Source: Deltaproteobacteria bacterium
Lineage (GTDB): Bacteria; Myxococcota_A; Polyangia; Polyangiales; Houyiibacteriaceae
Reading direction: 5' to 3'
Assembly (NCBI GenBank): GCA_034670305.1
Contig: JAXMNT010000004.1
Coordinates: forward strand, 32,001 to 96,000
DNA length: 64,000 nt
Shown here: positions 44,198 to 54,156 of the stretch, piece by piece
Position numbering within the stretch: position 1 is the stretch's first letter
How the letters are laid out: every line of letters starts with the position of its first letter
Notes under the pieces: model-generated
The model's database searches: none
Told to the model about the DNA's origin: nothing
The model's input: the letters and a program-made list of their open reading frames with translations, nothing else
Position numbers and translations under genes: made by a program

Positions 44198-44970
44198 TGT
44201 CTGAAGTCACCCTCCTCGCCCACGACGGCGCGATCAGCACCCTCACCATCAACCGCCCCGACAAGCTCAACGCGCTCAACGCCGCGGTGCTCGACGGCGT
44301 CAAAGCCGCGGTCGAAGCATGCGCCAAACGATCGACCCGCTGCCTCATCGTGACCGGTGCCGGCAAAGCGTTCGTCGCCGGTGCCGACATCGAAGCGATG
44401 GCGAACCTCTCGCCCGAAGAGGCGCGCGCGTTCAGCCGCCGGGGTCACGACACGGGCGTGGCGATGGAAGCGGCACCGTTCCCCATCGTCGCGGCCATCA
44501 ACGGCTTCGCCCTCGGCGGTGGCTGTGAACTCGCCATGGCCTGCGACTTCGCGTACGCATCCACCAAGGCGAAGCTCGGACAACCCGAAGTCAAACTCGG
44601 CGTCATCCCTGGCTTCGGCGGCACCCAGCGGCTCCTGCGCCGCGTGGGCGTCGCGATGGCGCGTGAACTCGTCTACACCGGCAAGATGATCGACGCTGCG
44701 GAAGCGCTCCGCATCGGCCTCGTGAACGCGGTGTACGAACCCGACGAGTTGATGCCGGCTGTCTTGAAGACCGCCCAAGCGATCGTCGCCAACGGACCGC
44801 TCGCCATCGGCGAAGCCAAGCAACTCTTCCTGGACGGCGCGGACATCGGTCTCGGAGACGCCAACGCACTCGAGGTCGAAGCGTTCGGCCGAGGCTTCGG
44901 CACCAAGGACCAAAAGGAAGGCATGAGCGCCTTCCTCGGCAAACGCGCCGCCGACTTCAAGGGCGAGTAA
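44197..44970 (+). CDS. crt: Enoyl-CoA hydratase (crotonase)
   Basis: [28 protein letters not shown] and PEVKLG motifs. Confidence 0.88.
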   Translation: MSEVTLLAHDGAISTLTINRPDKLNALNAAVLDGVKAAVEACAKRSTRCLIVTGAGKAFVAGADIEAMANLSPEEARAFSRRGHDTGVAMEAAPFPIVAAINGFALGGGCELAMACDFAYASTKAKLGQPEVKLGVIPGFGGTQRLLRRVGVAMARELVYTGKMIDAAEALRIGLVNAVYEPDELMPAVLKTAQAIVANGPLAIGEAKQLFLDGADIGLGDANALEVEAFGRGFGTKDQKEGMSAFLGKRAADFKGE

Positions 44971-45011
44971 CCGCGTCCCCGCACATCCGCCGGCTGCGAT
45001 ACCGTGGCCGG

Positions 45012-45803
45012 ATGGAACGCACGCGCATGGAACGCAGGGTTGCTCTGGTCACCGGCGCGTCCGCCGGGCTCGGTGTGGAATACGCGCGGCTCTTCGCGGC
45101 GGAAGGGCACGACGTGGTGCTGGTCGCGCGGCGCGAAGACGCGCTCGAGCGCGTGGCGGAGGAACTTCGCGCACAGGGCGTGCGCGCCCACGTGATCTGC
45201 GCCGACCTCTCCGAACGGGACGCGCCTCGGCGCATCGTCGAAGCCACGGACGCGCTCGACCTCGAGATCGAGTTCCTCGTGAACAACGCGGGGTTCGGCA
45301 GCCATGGGCGCTTCGACGAACTCGACCTCGGACGCGAGCTCTCGATGATCGAGGTGAACATCGGGGCGCTGATGCAGCTGACACACTTGTACCTCGAGCC
45401 GATGCTGCGTCGCCGGAGCGGGCGCATCCTCAACGTCGGGTCGGTCGCGGGGTTTCAGGCTGGGCCCTTCATGGCGACGTACTACGCGAGCAAAGCGTTC
45501 GTGAACCACTGGACCGAAGCGCTCGCGTTCGAGCTGCGCGGCACCGGCGTGACCGCGACGGTGAGTTGTCCGGGCGCGACCGAGACCGAGTTCGCGGAAG
45601 CCGCCGGCATGCAGGGCTCCAAGCTCACGAGTCGGGGCACCCTGGCCGACGCCGGGGAGGTCGCGCTGCACGGCTACCGCGCGATGATGGCGGGCAAGAC
45701 GATCTCGGTGGTGGGTTGGCGCAACGCGGCGCTCGCCCAATCCTCGCGGGTCGCGCCGCGTTCGGTGGTCCGGCGGGTCGCCGCCAAACTCAACCAGCCC
45801 TGA
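45012..45803 (+). CDS. Short-chain dehydrogenase/reductase
   Basis: [12 protein letters not shown] and YYASK motifs. Confidence 0.92.
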   Translation: MERTRMERRVALVTGASAGLGVEYARLFAAEGHDVVLVARREDALERVAEELRAQGVRAHVICADLSERDAPRRIVEATDALDLEIEFLVNNAGFGSHGRFDELDLGRELSMIEVNIGALMQLTHLYLEPMLRRRSGRILNVGSVAGFQAGPFMATYYASKAFVNHWTEALAFELRGTGVTATVSCPGATETEFAEAAGMQGSKLTSRGTLADAGEVALHGYRAMMAGKTISVVGWRNAALAQSSRVAPRSVVRRVAAKLNQP

Positions 45804-45842
45804 CGCGCATCGGTCGGACCGCGGCTTCCGAGCCCAAGCGGT

Positions 45843-47624
45843 TCAGCCGAGACGACGCGGCGCCGCGTAGTTCGCCCAGCGCAGGTCGTCTTCGCGTCGC
45901 AGCCGTACGCGGGCTGCGTACGCGCCAGGTTCGCCGCGGACCGCTTCTTCCAGTTCGTCCACGCTGAGGTAGAGCGCGTCGTCGTGTTCGTCGAGCACGG
46001 CTTCTTCGACCAGCCGCCGACCGACTTCGAGGCCCACCGCGCGAAGCCGTCCGATGCCCTGAGACACGACCTCCGCGACGCCACCCTTGGACCGCGCGAT
46101 GCGGCCGAGCAGCAACGACAGCGACGCCGCCATCACCCCGCGCATGCGACCAACGCCGAGCGCGGTCTTCTCCACCCGTTCCTCGGCGAGGCTGCGCGCG
46201 GTCTCCCGGCGCTCGTGTCCGCCGCCCTGTTGCACCCGGCGGAGCGCCGCGGCGAACGACTCGTCTGTGGCGCCGATGGCCACCGGTGTCACGTCGATGC
46301 CGAGCGGACGCACGCTGCGCATTTCGTCCCGGACCGCGTCCCAGCGTTCATGCAAGGACGAGTCGAGTTCGGCGCGTTCCACGATCGAGCCGTGCCGGTC
46401 CCGCACCGCCTTGCTGAGCGCGAGCAACTTCCCGTGGACCTTGCGGCGGCCGCGGGTCGCGTAGGGCGCCGCAAGCGCCGGGTAACACTCGCGCGGCAAG
46501 ACGCCGATGAGGGCCTCCATCGCTTCCAGCGTTCGGCGGGTGATCTCCCGCCCGTTGTCGAGCAGCAGGTAGCCCTCCGCCACGAACCGCTGCCGGTCCC
46601 GCAACGCGCTGAGGAGACCTTCGGAGTCGACGTCCTTCAGCCGCACCCGGTCGAGCGTCTCGAGCCGCGCGGTCGACGCGCGTTCGAATCGCAGGAACGA
46701 CGCGATCACCGGCGCCACCTCTCGGGTCGCCCCCGCAACTTCCGCGGAGGCCCGCGCGAATGCCCGGCGGTCTCGCCGGCCGAGCGTCGCGCCGGGCTCG
46801 CGGCGCCGGTAGGGACGCGCGTACACGCGGCGCACGTTGGCTTCGACCTGAGGCCCAGGCTCCTCGGAAGCGAACGCGCGGTCGAGCGCGTCGATCGCGA
46901 GCGGCGCGACCGTGCCTTCGTCGGCGGCCACGAGCGCGACCCGGCGCCACACGCCGTCGGTGAAGGTGGCATCGAAGGTCAACGGCAAGAGCGTCAGCAC
47001 GACGGGGCGGCCGTGCTGGACCACCCACTCGATCTCGACCGGCAGGCCGAGCGCGAGTTGCACCCGGTCGACGAGGTCGGCGACCTGCTCGGCCTTGTGG
47101 ACGTCGAGTCCTTCGCCCTTCTCTTCCATCCGGCCCGACCGGCGGTCGATCCGCCACGGAGACGCGCGGTGGCCGCGACTCCACACCGAGAGCCCGTCGG
47201 GGTCCCCGACGACGTCGGCGCTCGCCGCGCCGCCGGGCAGCGCCTCGCTGCCGACCACCCGCACCGGGATGGACCCGCCGAGAAGCGTGGCGCCTTCTTC
47301 GAGCAGGCCACGCAGGACTTCGAGCGCCGGACCGGCGTCGCCTTCACCGACGTCCAGGGTGCCTTCTGGCACCCGGGCGCCGAGACCCATCGCTGGGTAG
47401 AACGGACGCAGCACCACCGACTTGCCATCGCGCCGCGCGGCTTCGACGGTGCCGAGCAAGGTATCGGGCAGCGTGCGGTAGGTCAGGTAGAGCAACGCGC
47501 CGCGCGCCACCGGCACGCCGACCTCGAGCAGACGCGCCAGGTCGCGCGCCTCCTGCCCGTCCGCGTCGCCGACCCGCAGGCCTTCGAGCGGTCGAGACTC
47601 CACGCCCGCTTCGTGCTCGGTCAA
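45843..47624 (-). CDS. Degenerate PEP-synthase/rifampin-phosphotransferase-like protein lacking the phospho-His domain
   Basis: LARLLEVGVPVARG, GLPVEIEW and GRRLVEEAVLDEHDDALYLSVDEL resemble this family; 4-nt overlap with thiolase. Confidence 0.6.
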   Translation of the reverse strand: MTEHEAGVESRPLEGLRVGDADGQEARDLARLLEVGVPVARGALLYLTYRTLPDTLLGTVEAARRDGKSVVLRPFYPAMGLGARVPEGTLDVGEGDAGPALEVLRGLLEEGATLLGGSIPVRVVGSEALPGGAASADVVGDPDGLSVWSRGHRASPWRIDRRSGRMEEKGEGLDVHKAEQVADLVDRVQLALGLPVEIEWVVQHGRPVVLTLLPLTFDATFTDGVWRRVALVAADEGTVAPLAIDALDRAFASEEPGPQVEANVRRVYARPYRRREPGATLGRRDRRAFARASAEVAGATREVAPVIASFLRFERASTARLETLDRVRLKDVDSEGLLSALRDRQRFVAEGYLLLDNGREITRRTLEAMEALIGVLPRECYPALAAPYATRGRRKVHGKLLALSKAVRDRHGSIVERAELDSSLHERWDAVRDEMRSVRPLGIDVTPVAIGATDESFAAALRRVQQGGGHERRETARSLAEERVEKTALGVGRMRGVMAASLSLLLGRIARSKGGVAEVVSQGIGRLRAVGLEVGRRLVEEAVLDEHDDALYLSVDELEEAVRGEPGAYAARVRLRREDDLRWANYAAPRRLG

Positions 47625-48796
47625 ACGCGCTCGACGACGACGGCCGCGGCTTCACCGCCACCGATGCAAAGGGTCGCGAGACCGCGCGAGAGGCCGCGGT
47701 CCTCGAGCGCCGAGAGCAGCGTGACGAGGATGCGTGCGCCGGAACAGCCGATCGGGTGCCCGAGCGCCACGGCGCCGCCCCACACGTTCATCTTGTCGTG
47801 TGGCACGGACGCCTTCGACACACACGCCATGCTGACCACCGCGAAGGCTTCGTTGACCTCCCAGAGATCGATGTCTTCCGGCTTGAGGCCGGTGCGCGCG
47901 AGGGTGGTTTCGATCGCGCCGACGGGCGCGGTGGTGAACCACTCGGGCGCCTGCGCGTGGCCGCCGTAGCCGACGATGCGGGCGAGCGGCTTCAGGCCGT
48001 GGGCTTTGACCGCGTCGCCGCTGGCGAGCACGAGCGCCGCGCCGCCGTCGTTGATCTTCGAGGCGTTGGCCGCGGTGATCGTTCCGTCCTTCTCGAACGC
48101 CGGACGCAAGGTCGACATCTTGTCGAAGCGGGCGCGGCCGGGCTCTTCGTCGGTGTCGACGACGGTGTCGCCCTTGCGGCCCTTGATGGTCACCGGGGTG
48201 ATCTCACGGCCGAGCTTGCCGTCCTTCTGGGCGGCGATGGCCCGCTCGTACGAGGTCTTCGCGAACTCGTCCTGCGCCTCGCGCGAGAACCCGAACTCGC
48301 GGGCACACATCTCGCCGGCCTTGCCCATGTGAAAGTCGTTGTACGGGTCCCAGAGGCCGTCGTGCACCATCGAGTCGACCGCGGTCTGGTTGCCCATGCG
48401 CATGCCGGCCCGCGCGGTCGGCAGCAGGTAGGGCGCCAGGCTCATGTTCTCCATGCCGCCCGCGACCACGATGGACGCGTCGTCGAGTTTGATGCTCTTG
48501 GTGCCGAGGATCACCGACATCAATCCGGAGCCGCAGACCTTGCCCACCGTGGTGGCCGGCGTCTTGTCTGGGATGCCGCCCGCTTTGGCCGCCTGGCGCG
48601 CCGGTGCTTGTCCGATGCCCGCCGTGAGCACGTTGCCCATGTAGGTCTCGTCGACCGCGTCGCCCGAGACCTTCGCGCGCTCGAGTGCAGCCCGAATGGC
48701 GACTGCCCCGAGCTCCGGTGCGGCGACCGAAGAGAGTGCGCCCTGGAAGGAGCCAATGGCGGTCCTGGCCGCACCCACGATGAACACTTCCGTCAT
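47621..48796 (-). CDS. Acetyl-CoA C-acetyltransferase (thiolase)
   Basis: KVCGSG, NEAF, GHPIG and CIGGG motifs. Confidence 0.95.
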   Translation of the reverse strand: MTEVFIVGAARTAIGSFQGALSSVAAPELGAVAIRAALERAKVSGDAVDETYMGNVLTAGIGQAPARQAAKAGGIPDKTPATTVGKVCGSGLMSVILGTKSIKLDDASIVVAGGMENMSLAPYLLPTARAGMRMGNQTAVDSMVHDGLWDPYNDFHMGKAGEMCAREFGFSREAQDEFAKTSYERAIAAQKDGKLGREITPVTIKGRKGDTVVDTDEEPGRARFDKMSTLRPAFEKDGTITAANASKINDGGAALVLASGDAVKAHGLKPLARIVGYGGHAQAPEWFTTAPVGAIETTLARTGLKPEDIDLWEVNEAFAVVSMACVSKASVPHDKMNVWGGAVALGHPIGCSGARILVTLLSALEDRGLSRGLATLCIGGGEAAAVVVERV

Positions 48797-49052
48797 GAGA
48801 CGTTCATGTCACGCGGAGGCTCAGACGTCTACACCGGCACCTCGGTCCGGGACGCCTGTGCCTCACAACCCACGGACTTCCCGGCGTTTTCCGGGATCCT
48901 ACGCCGCGGCAGGGCACCCCGCAGGAGCTCCGTGAACGACTCGGAGAACGCGTGGAGCGAACGAATAGGGAATGGACGTGCCTATGTGCTTGGGCGCCAG
49001 AAACGGTCGCTCCCCATCGAGCCGATGGGACGACATCGGCACCGAGCGCATG

Positions 49053-50324
49053 TCAGGGGTCGGAGGGGGGAGTGGCGGCGTAGAGGATGGCGTCGTTGGC
49101 CATGAAGTAGAGGACTTGGTCGCCGATCGTGGCCGGGCCGGGGAACGCGAAGGACGCGCCGCCGCCGGGAAGGTCCGTGCGGTGCGCTGGGATCTCGGAG
49201 ACCCAGATGTCCGTGCCGTCGGCGACGTCGATCGCGCTGCCGCCGCCGCTTCCGAAGTGCATGCGCCCGGCGCCGTCGAGGGTTCCGCTGGCGTCGATGT
49301 TCGGGTGGGTCGGTCGCTCCCAGAGGATGCGGCCGGTCCGATCGACCGCGACCATCGCTTCGCCTTCTTTGACGTACGCGGTGCCGTCCACGCCCACCGA
49401 CAGAGATCGGGTGCCGCCACCCCACGGGGCCTGAGGGAGATCGATGCGGAACCGTTCCACCCCGGTCGGTTCCAACACGACCAGCACCGCCTTGGTGGTG
49501 CGCTCGGTCCAGAGTTCGATGTAGATGGCGCCGTCGTTCGCGATCGCCGGTCCCCCCACGACTTGGCCATCCTCGGAGAGCATCGTTTGCCACGCGAGCG
49601 CACCCGTCCGATCGATGGCGGAGAGCCGCGCCTGGGGGGCGTCGAAGGTGCCGAGCCGTTCGCCGTAGACGATCTGGTCGTCGGGTCCGAGTGCGAGCGC
49701 GTGGTGGAACAGCCCAGTCGCCTCGGTCCGCCAGAGCGGCGTGCCGTCCGGTCCCACGGCGTCGACCGCCAGCGTGTCGTCGCCGATGCGGCCAAAGAAG
49801 TACAACGCGCCCTCGTCGCCGACGCCGATGAACTGGGACGCGCCTTCTGGGAGCGTGACCCGGCGAAGCTCGGCGCCGTCGGCGGGGTCGAGCCAGACAC
49901 CATCGGCGGGGCCGAATCGATTCTCCGTCACGAACACCGAGCCGTCTTCCAGCAGACTCGGGCTGCCGACGACGCCCTCGAACATCACCCGCCACGCGAT
50001 GGTTCCGCGGTCCCCTCGGTCGTCGACGGCAGAGAGCACGTTGCGGCTCCGCACGTAGAGGCGCCCCCCAGGCGCCACCGCGAACCGCTGCGTGCGATCC
50101 CCCTCTTCGGGGAACTCCAGCTGCCAGCGCAGCTCGGGCGGGACGTCCGGAAGCACGTGCGGGCTGCGGTTCGCGCGGGTCGGACAGTACCCGGGCGTCG
50201 GCGACGGTGCGCCGGCCTGGTACGCGCCCGGACAATCTCCGAGCACATAGACGTCGTGGCTCTCGTAGCAGCCCGCCACGACGAACGTCGCAAGCACTGC
50301 TGTGCCAACCAGAGAGACGCGCAT
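49053..50324 (-). CDS. PQQ-like beta-propeller lipoprotein
   Basis: VAGC lipobox and repeated A.D..G...W blades; start 50324 or 50330. Confidence 0.8.
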   Translation of the reverse strand: MRVSLVGTAVLATFVVAGCYESHDVYVLGDCPGAYQAGAPSPTPGYCPTRANRSPHVLPDVPPELRWQLEFPEEGDRTQRFAVAPGGRLYVRSRNVLSAVDDRGDRGTIAWRVMFEGVVGSPSLLEDGSVFVTENRFGPADGVWLDPADGAELRRVTLPEGASQFIGVGDEGALYFFGRIGDDTLAVDAVGPDGTPLWRTEATGLFHHALALGPDDQIVYGERLGTFDAPQARLSAIDRTGALAWQTMLSEDGQVVGGPAIANDGAIYIELWTERTTKAVLVVLEPTGVERFRIDLPQAPWGGGTRSLSVGVDGTAYVKEGEAMVAVDRTGRILWERPTHPNIDASGTLDGAGRMHFGSGGGSAIDVADGTDIWVSEIPAHRTDLPGGGASFAFPGPATIGDQVLYFMANDAILYAATPPSDP

Positions 50325-50380
50325 CGGCACATCCTACCCGGCCGGGTCGAACGCACCAGCGACCGTCAAAGAAGCGGCTA

Positions 50381-50893
50381 TCAGTTCAAGCCCTTGCGCT
50401 TGCGCAGCTGGGCCATGACTTTTTCGTACTCGACTTCGAAGGCGCCGGTGCCCTCTTCGAGGTTTTTGATCTTGGAGCGGACCTCGACGTCGAGTTCGTC
50501 TTCTTGGCTCGTGTTCTTCCGGAGCACGTCGGTGATCTTCTTCCGAAGGATGTTGTCCTCCGCGTAGACCTCTTCGATGTTCGCGCTGTGGAAGAGCATG
50601 GTCATGATCTGCTGCACGAGGAAGGGCAGCTGCTCGTCGCTGGCGGGGAAGCCCATCTCCTTGGCGACCTGGTTCTTGGTCTTGCCGAGAAGCGAGTAGC
50701 TGATGCCGGCCCGCTCCATGCGGTTCTTGGCTTCGTCGACCACCTGGCGCTCGCGGCGGATGAACTCCTTGAGGATGGACTCGAAGTCGAGTTTCACCTC
50801 TTCGCCGTTGGCGACTTCGATGTCGTCTTCGGCGGTCAGCGCGGTCAGCAACTGCTCCGAGATCATGCCGACTTTGCCCGTGTACAGCTTCAT
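50381..50893 (-). CDS. DUF507-family protein
   Basis: MKLYTGK start; EDELDVEVRSKI and YEKVMAQL.KRKGL pattern. Confidence 0.75.
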   Translation of the reverse strand: MKLYTGKVGMISEQLLTALTAEDDIEVANGEEVKLDFESILKEFIRRERQVVDEAKNRMERAGISYSLLGKTKNQVAKEMGFPASDEQLPFLVQQIMTMLFHSANIEEVYAEDNILRKKITDVLRKNTSQEDELDVEVRSKIKNLEEGTGAFEVEYEKVMAQLRKRKGLN

Positions 50894-51171
50894 GTCGCCG
50901 TGCGTAGTCGGATTCGCGATGGAGCGCAACGGGCCAGCGCCAACGATCCGTGCGCAGACGCGGAAACGCCGATCCGGGGTTCAGCTTTTCGGAGGAGGAC
51001 CGGATGCTCGCGGGTGGCCCGGATGGGAACCTGGTGGTGGGTTCGGTACGCCGCCTCGCCCCGGCTCGAAGGACGTCGAGAAGGTGCCGGCCCGCTCGCC
51101 GCCCACGAACAGGATCGTGTCGCCCAAGAGGACGTCGTCCGCGGCAGTTGCGCGCCTAGTGTGTACAGGAG

Positions 51172-51774
51172 CTACTCGGCGGCGAGGCGTTCGCGCATCT
51201 TGCCGAGCAGGCCGTCGAAGCCGTCGCGGCGCACGATGCGGTCGAACTGGCGCCGGTAGTTCTGCACCATGCTCAGTCCGTCGTCGATCGTCAGGTCGAA
51301 AACGCGCCACGCGCCGCCCACCTGATGCATCGTGTAGTCGATGGAGACCGCGGGGGCGCGGCGGTTGTTGGTGTCGCGGGCTTCCGTTCGAACCAGCACG
51401 CTGCCGCCGGTCTGCGCTTCGGCGCTCTCGTAGTTGACGGCGTACTGGAGGGTGCGGTCGAGGTTGCTCCGGTAGCTGCGCGCGACGAGCTGCTTGAGGA
51501 GCTCCACGAACTCGGTGCGCTGCGCTTCGGTGAGCCCGGCCCAGTGGGCTTCGAGCGCGCGCCGGCTCAGCTCCTGGTAGTCGAGCAGACCTTCGATGAG
51601 CGTGGAGATCTCGCGCTCACGGGCCGGACCGGCCGGACGGCGCAGGACGCGCTCGAAGCGGGTCTGGTTCTGCTCGAGGGCTCGCTGGGCGGCGGCTGGC
51701 TGAGCGAACACCGGGGCGTCACCGAGGATCGCGAGACAGAGGAGGGTCACGAAGAGCGCAGAGATGCGTCGCAT
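51172..51774 (-). CDS. mlaC: MlaC/Ttg2D phospholipid-binding periplasmic protein
   Basis: DYQELSRRAL..HW..LT..QR.EF, WRVFDL and SMVQNYRRQF motifs. Confidence 0.85.
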   Translation of the reverse strand: MRRISALFVTLLCLAILGDAPVFAQPAAAQRALEQNQTRFERVLRRPAGPAREREISTLIEGLLDYQELSRRALEAHWAGLTEAQRTEFVELLKQLVARSYRSNLDRTLQYAVNYESAEAQTGGSVLVRTEARDTNNRRAPAVSIDYTMHQVGGAWRVFDLTIDDGLSMVQNYRRQFDRIVRRDGFDGLLGKMRERLAAE

Positions 51775-51820
51775 GGTCGTTCTGACGTTCGAGAGGGGGT
51801 GGGTATTCGGACCCTGGGGT

Positions 51821-53182
51821 TCAATCACAGGAGACTTCCCAGTCGGCCGGGGCGAGCAGTCGGGTGCCGGTGGTGCGTTCCAGTTCGGCGAGCGCGGTGT
51901 TGAGGCCTTGGACGGCTTGCAGGTGCTCGAAGCGGGCGGAGAAATACGCTTTGAGCGCGTCCATCATGTCCTTGGGCGAGGCCGCGCCGACATCGAGTGC
52001 CTGCGCCGCACTCACCAGCCACGCCCGCGTCTGCCGTTCGCCCTCGGCCCACGCCTCTTCCCGGCGGACCGCGTCCTGGTGCGCTTCGAACGCGAGCTCG
52101 ACCTCGAGCCGAATGCCGCTTCGCGCAAGCTCCGCCTGCGCGCGCGTCTGCTCGAGTTCCGCACGCACCCGGCGGACGCGGTGCACGTTGCCGACGAAGT
52201 CGAGGTTCCAGCGCATGACGAGTCCGAAGCCGAGCGCGGGGCGGTTGCCGTCATCGCGGATGAACGGGTTCTCGATGTCGGTCACGCCAGGCGCCCACGA
52301 GTAGCTCGCGGAGAGGCCGAGTCCGAAGTCGGGCGCGAAGCCGGCCCGCTGTGCCGAGAGCGCCGCTTCACGGGCATCCAGAGCCGCCTCCAGCATGCCG
52401 AGCTCGGGGCGGGCGCCCGACTGGCGCAGCAGGTCCGTCAGCGGGGTATCCGGCAAAGCGAGCGGCGCGGAGGGGCAATCCGAGATCTCCATCGACTCCA
52501 GGCCGGTCAAGGCTCGGAGCGCCGCCTCGCTGCTCCTTCGCAAGCGTCCGGCTTCCGAACGGCGCGCCTGGACCTCCGCCAACCCGGCCGCGAGGCGAAA
52601 CCGATCCATCGGATCGGTGTCCGGGTCGTTCTCCGCGATCGCTTCATCCAGGCCACGGATGGCGCGCTCGAGTTTGCCGATGCCCTCCGAGATCATCTGC
52701 TCGAGATCGAGGGCCAACTGCAGCGCGAAGTAGGCGCGGCGCACGTCGTAGCGAAGGCGCGCCAACGTGCGCGAGCGGCTCGCCGTGGCGGCTCGCGCGC
52801 CCGCACGCGCCGCCCGCCGCGCGTTCCGAAGTTTGCCGCCCGTGTAGAGCGGAATCGCACCACGCACCCCGATGGAGGCGGCGGGCGCCCAGCCGTTGCC
52901 CAGCGAGAGCTGATCCTGGTCCGAGAAGATGGGGGTGCCCGACGAACGCGGCGCCACGGTGAACCCGGCGGTGGCCTCGAAGCGGAAGAAGGGAGAGAGC
53001 CTCACTTCGTCGAGGCGTGCTTGTGCAGCACGTGCGGCGGCTTCGTCGGCTTCCAACGCGGGGTAATGGGCTTCGGCGGCTTCGACGAGCGACGCGAGGT
53101 CCCGGCGCGCGGGCTGCGCCTCTGCCCCCGCACCCATCCAGGCAACGAGAACCCCCAACCCCGCAACGACCCCAACCCGCAT
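51821..53182 (-). CDS. TolC-family outer membrane protein
   Basis: Signal peptide, two OEP-like helical repeats, IPLYTGG, RPEL and ALAELERTTG. Confidence 0.88.
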   Translation of the reverse strand: MRVGVVAGLGVLVAWMGAGAEAQPARRDLASLVEAAEAHYPALEADEAAARAAQARLDEVRLSPFFRFEATAGFTVAPRSSGTPIFSDQDQLSLGNGWAPAASIGVRGAIPLYTGGKLRNARRAARAGARAATASRSRTLARLRYDVRRAYFALQLALDLEQMISEGIGKLERAIRGLDEAIAENDPDTDPMDRFRLAAGLAEVQARRSEAGRLRRSSEAALRALTGLESMEISDCPSAPLALPDTPLTDLLRQSGARPELGMLEAALDAREAALSAQRAGFAPDFGLGLSASYSWAPGVTDIENPFIRDDGNRPALGFGLVMRWNLDFVGNVHRVRRVRAELEQTRAQAELARSGIRLEVELAFEAHQDAVRREEAWAEGERQTRAWLVSAAQALDVGAASPKDMMDALKAYFSARFEHLQAVQGLNTALAELERTTGTRLLAPADWEVSCD

Positions 53183-53239
53183 ACCCGAGCGGCATAGCGT
53201 GGATCCGCCACCGGATCGACACCCATCGGGCCGGGCGGG

Positions 53240-53414
53240 GTCGGCATCGGCATCGGCATCGGCATCGGCATCGGCATCGGCATCGGCATCGGCATCGGCA
53301 TCGGCATCGGCCTCGGCATCGGCCTCGGCATCGGCTTCGGCATCGGCGTCGGCGTCGGCGTCGGCGTCGGCATCGGCTTCCGGCTTCGGCGTCGCCTTCG
53401 GCATCGGCATCGGC
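53240..53414. repeat. (TCGGCN)n hexamer tract between skp and tolC
   Basis: Directly visible tcggca/tcggcg/tcggct units. Confidence 0.93.
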
Positions 53415-53433
53415 GGCCGCCGCATCGCACTCC

Positions 53434-53471
53434 AAAGAGAAAAGGACGGCCCACCTCGTGGTGCCGTCCTT
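53434..53471 (-). terminator. Rho-independent terminator after skp
   Basis: Minus strand AAGGACGGC-accacgaggtgg-GCCGTCCTT followed by TTCTCTTT. Confidence 0.75.
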
Positions 53472-53495
53472 GGTCTCGTCGAGAACCGCTCGGGT

Positions 53496-54062
53496 TCAGC
53501 GCATGCTGCTCATGCCCATCCCCATGCCCATCGAAGATGCGCCGGGCCGGGTATTGTATTGCTGGATCACCTGGTCCGTCAGATCCAGGTTGCCCGGCAC
53601 CCACACCACGCCCCCTTCGTTGGCCTCGATGATCATCGTGTAGCCATCGGTCTGGCCGATGCGCCGCAGGATCTCCTGCATGCGCTCGAGGATGACCTTG
53701 GTCAGCTGGGCTTCCTTCTGGGCGAGCTCGCGCTGGTATTCGACGTAGGTCGACTGCAGCTCGATGAACGCCTTCTGGTACTCCTCGAGGCGCTTCTGAA
53801 GCGCTTCCTGGCTGAGCACGTTCTTCTGGCGCTCGATGTCTTCCTTCATCTTCTTCAGCTTCTCTTGCGCTGCATCGAGCGCCTTCTGTCGGCGTCGGAA
53901 GAGGCGCTTGAGCCGGTTCTTGGCGCTGCGGCCATCCTCGGTCTCATTGAGGGCGCGCTGAAGGTCGACGACCGCGATCTTCGTCTGGGCATACAGTTCG
54001 CCTGCGATCTGGCTGACGACGAGTGCGGCGACGAGAGTAACAACGTGACGACTGAAGCTCAT
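53496..54062 (-). CDS. skp: OmpH/Skp periplasmic chaperone
   Basis: KIAVVDLQRAL, coiled coil and DLTDQVI; follows bamA. Confidence 0.92.
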   Translation of the reverse strand: MSFSRHVVTLVAALVVSQIAGELYAQTKIAVVDLQRALNETEDGRSAKNRLKRLFRRRQKALDAAQEKLKKMKEDIERQKNVLSQEALQKRLEEYQKAFIELQSTYVEYQRELAQKEAQLTKVILERMQEILRRIGQTDGYTMIIEANEGGVVWVPGNLDLTDQVIQQYNTRPGASSMGMGMGMSSMR

Positions 54063-54156
54063 GAAGAAGGGGTTCCTTTCGGCGACTCGTAAACTTGGTC
54101 GCCTGGAGGGTCAAGGCTCCGACGGTCCGGAGCGTTGGGCATTCAAAGAATGGGGG

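Noticed and set aside
50960-51070. Possible tRNA-Sec, SRP or 6S RNA (closing stem CCGGGG/CCCCGG)
   Set aside because: No T-loop/CCA end or SRP loop consensus; GC-rich pairing could be chance. An Rfam scan would settle it.
53183-53425. EADA-repeat N-terminal extension on TolC
   Set aside because: It would bury the signal peptide; ATG 53182 is more plausible.
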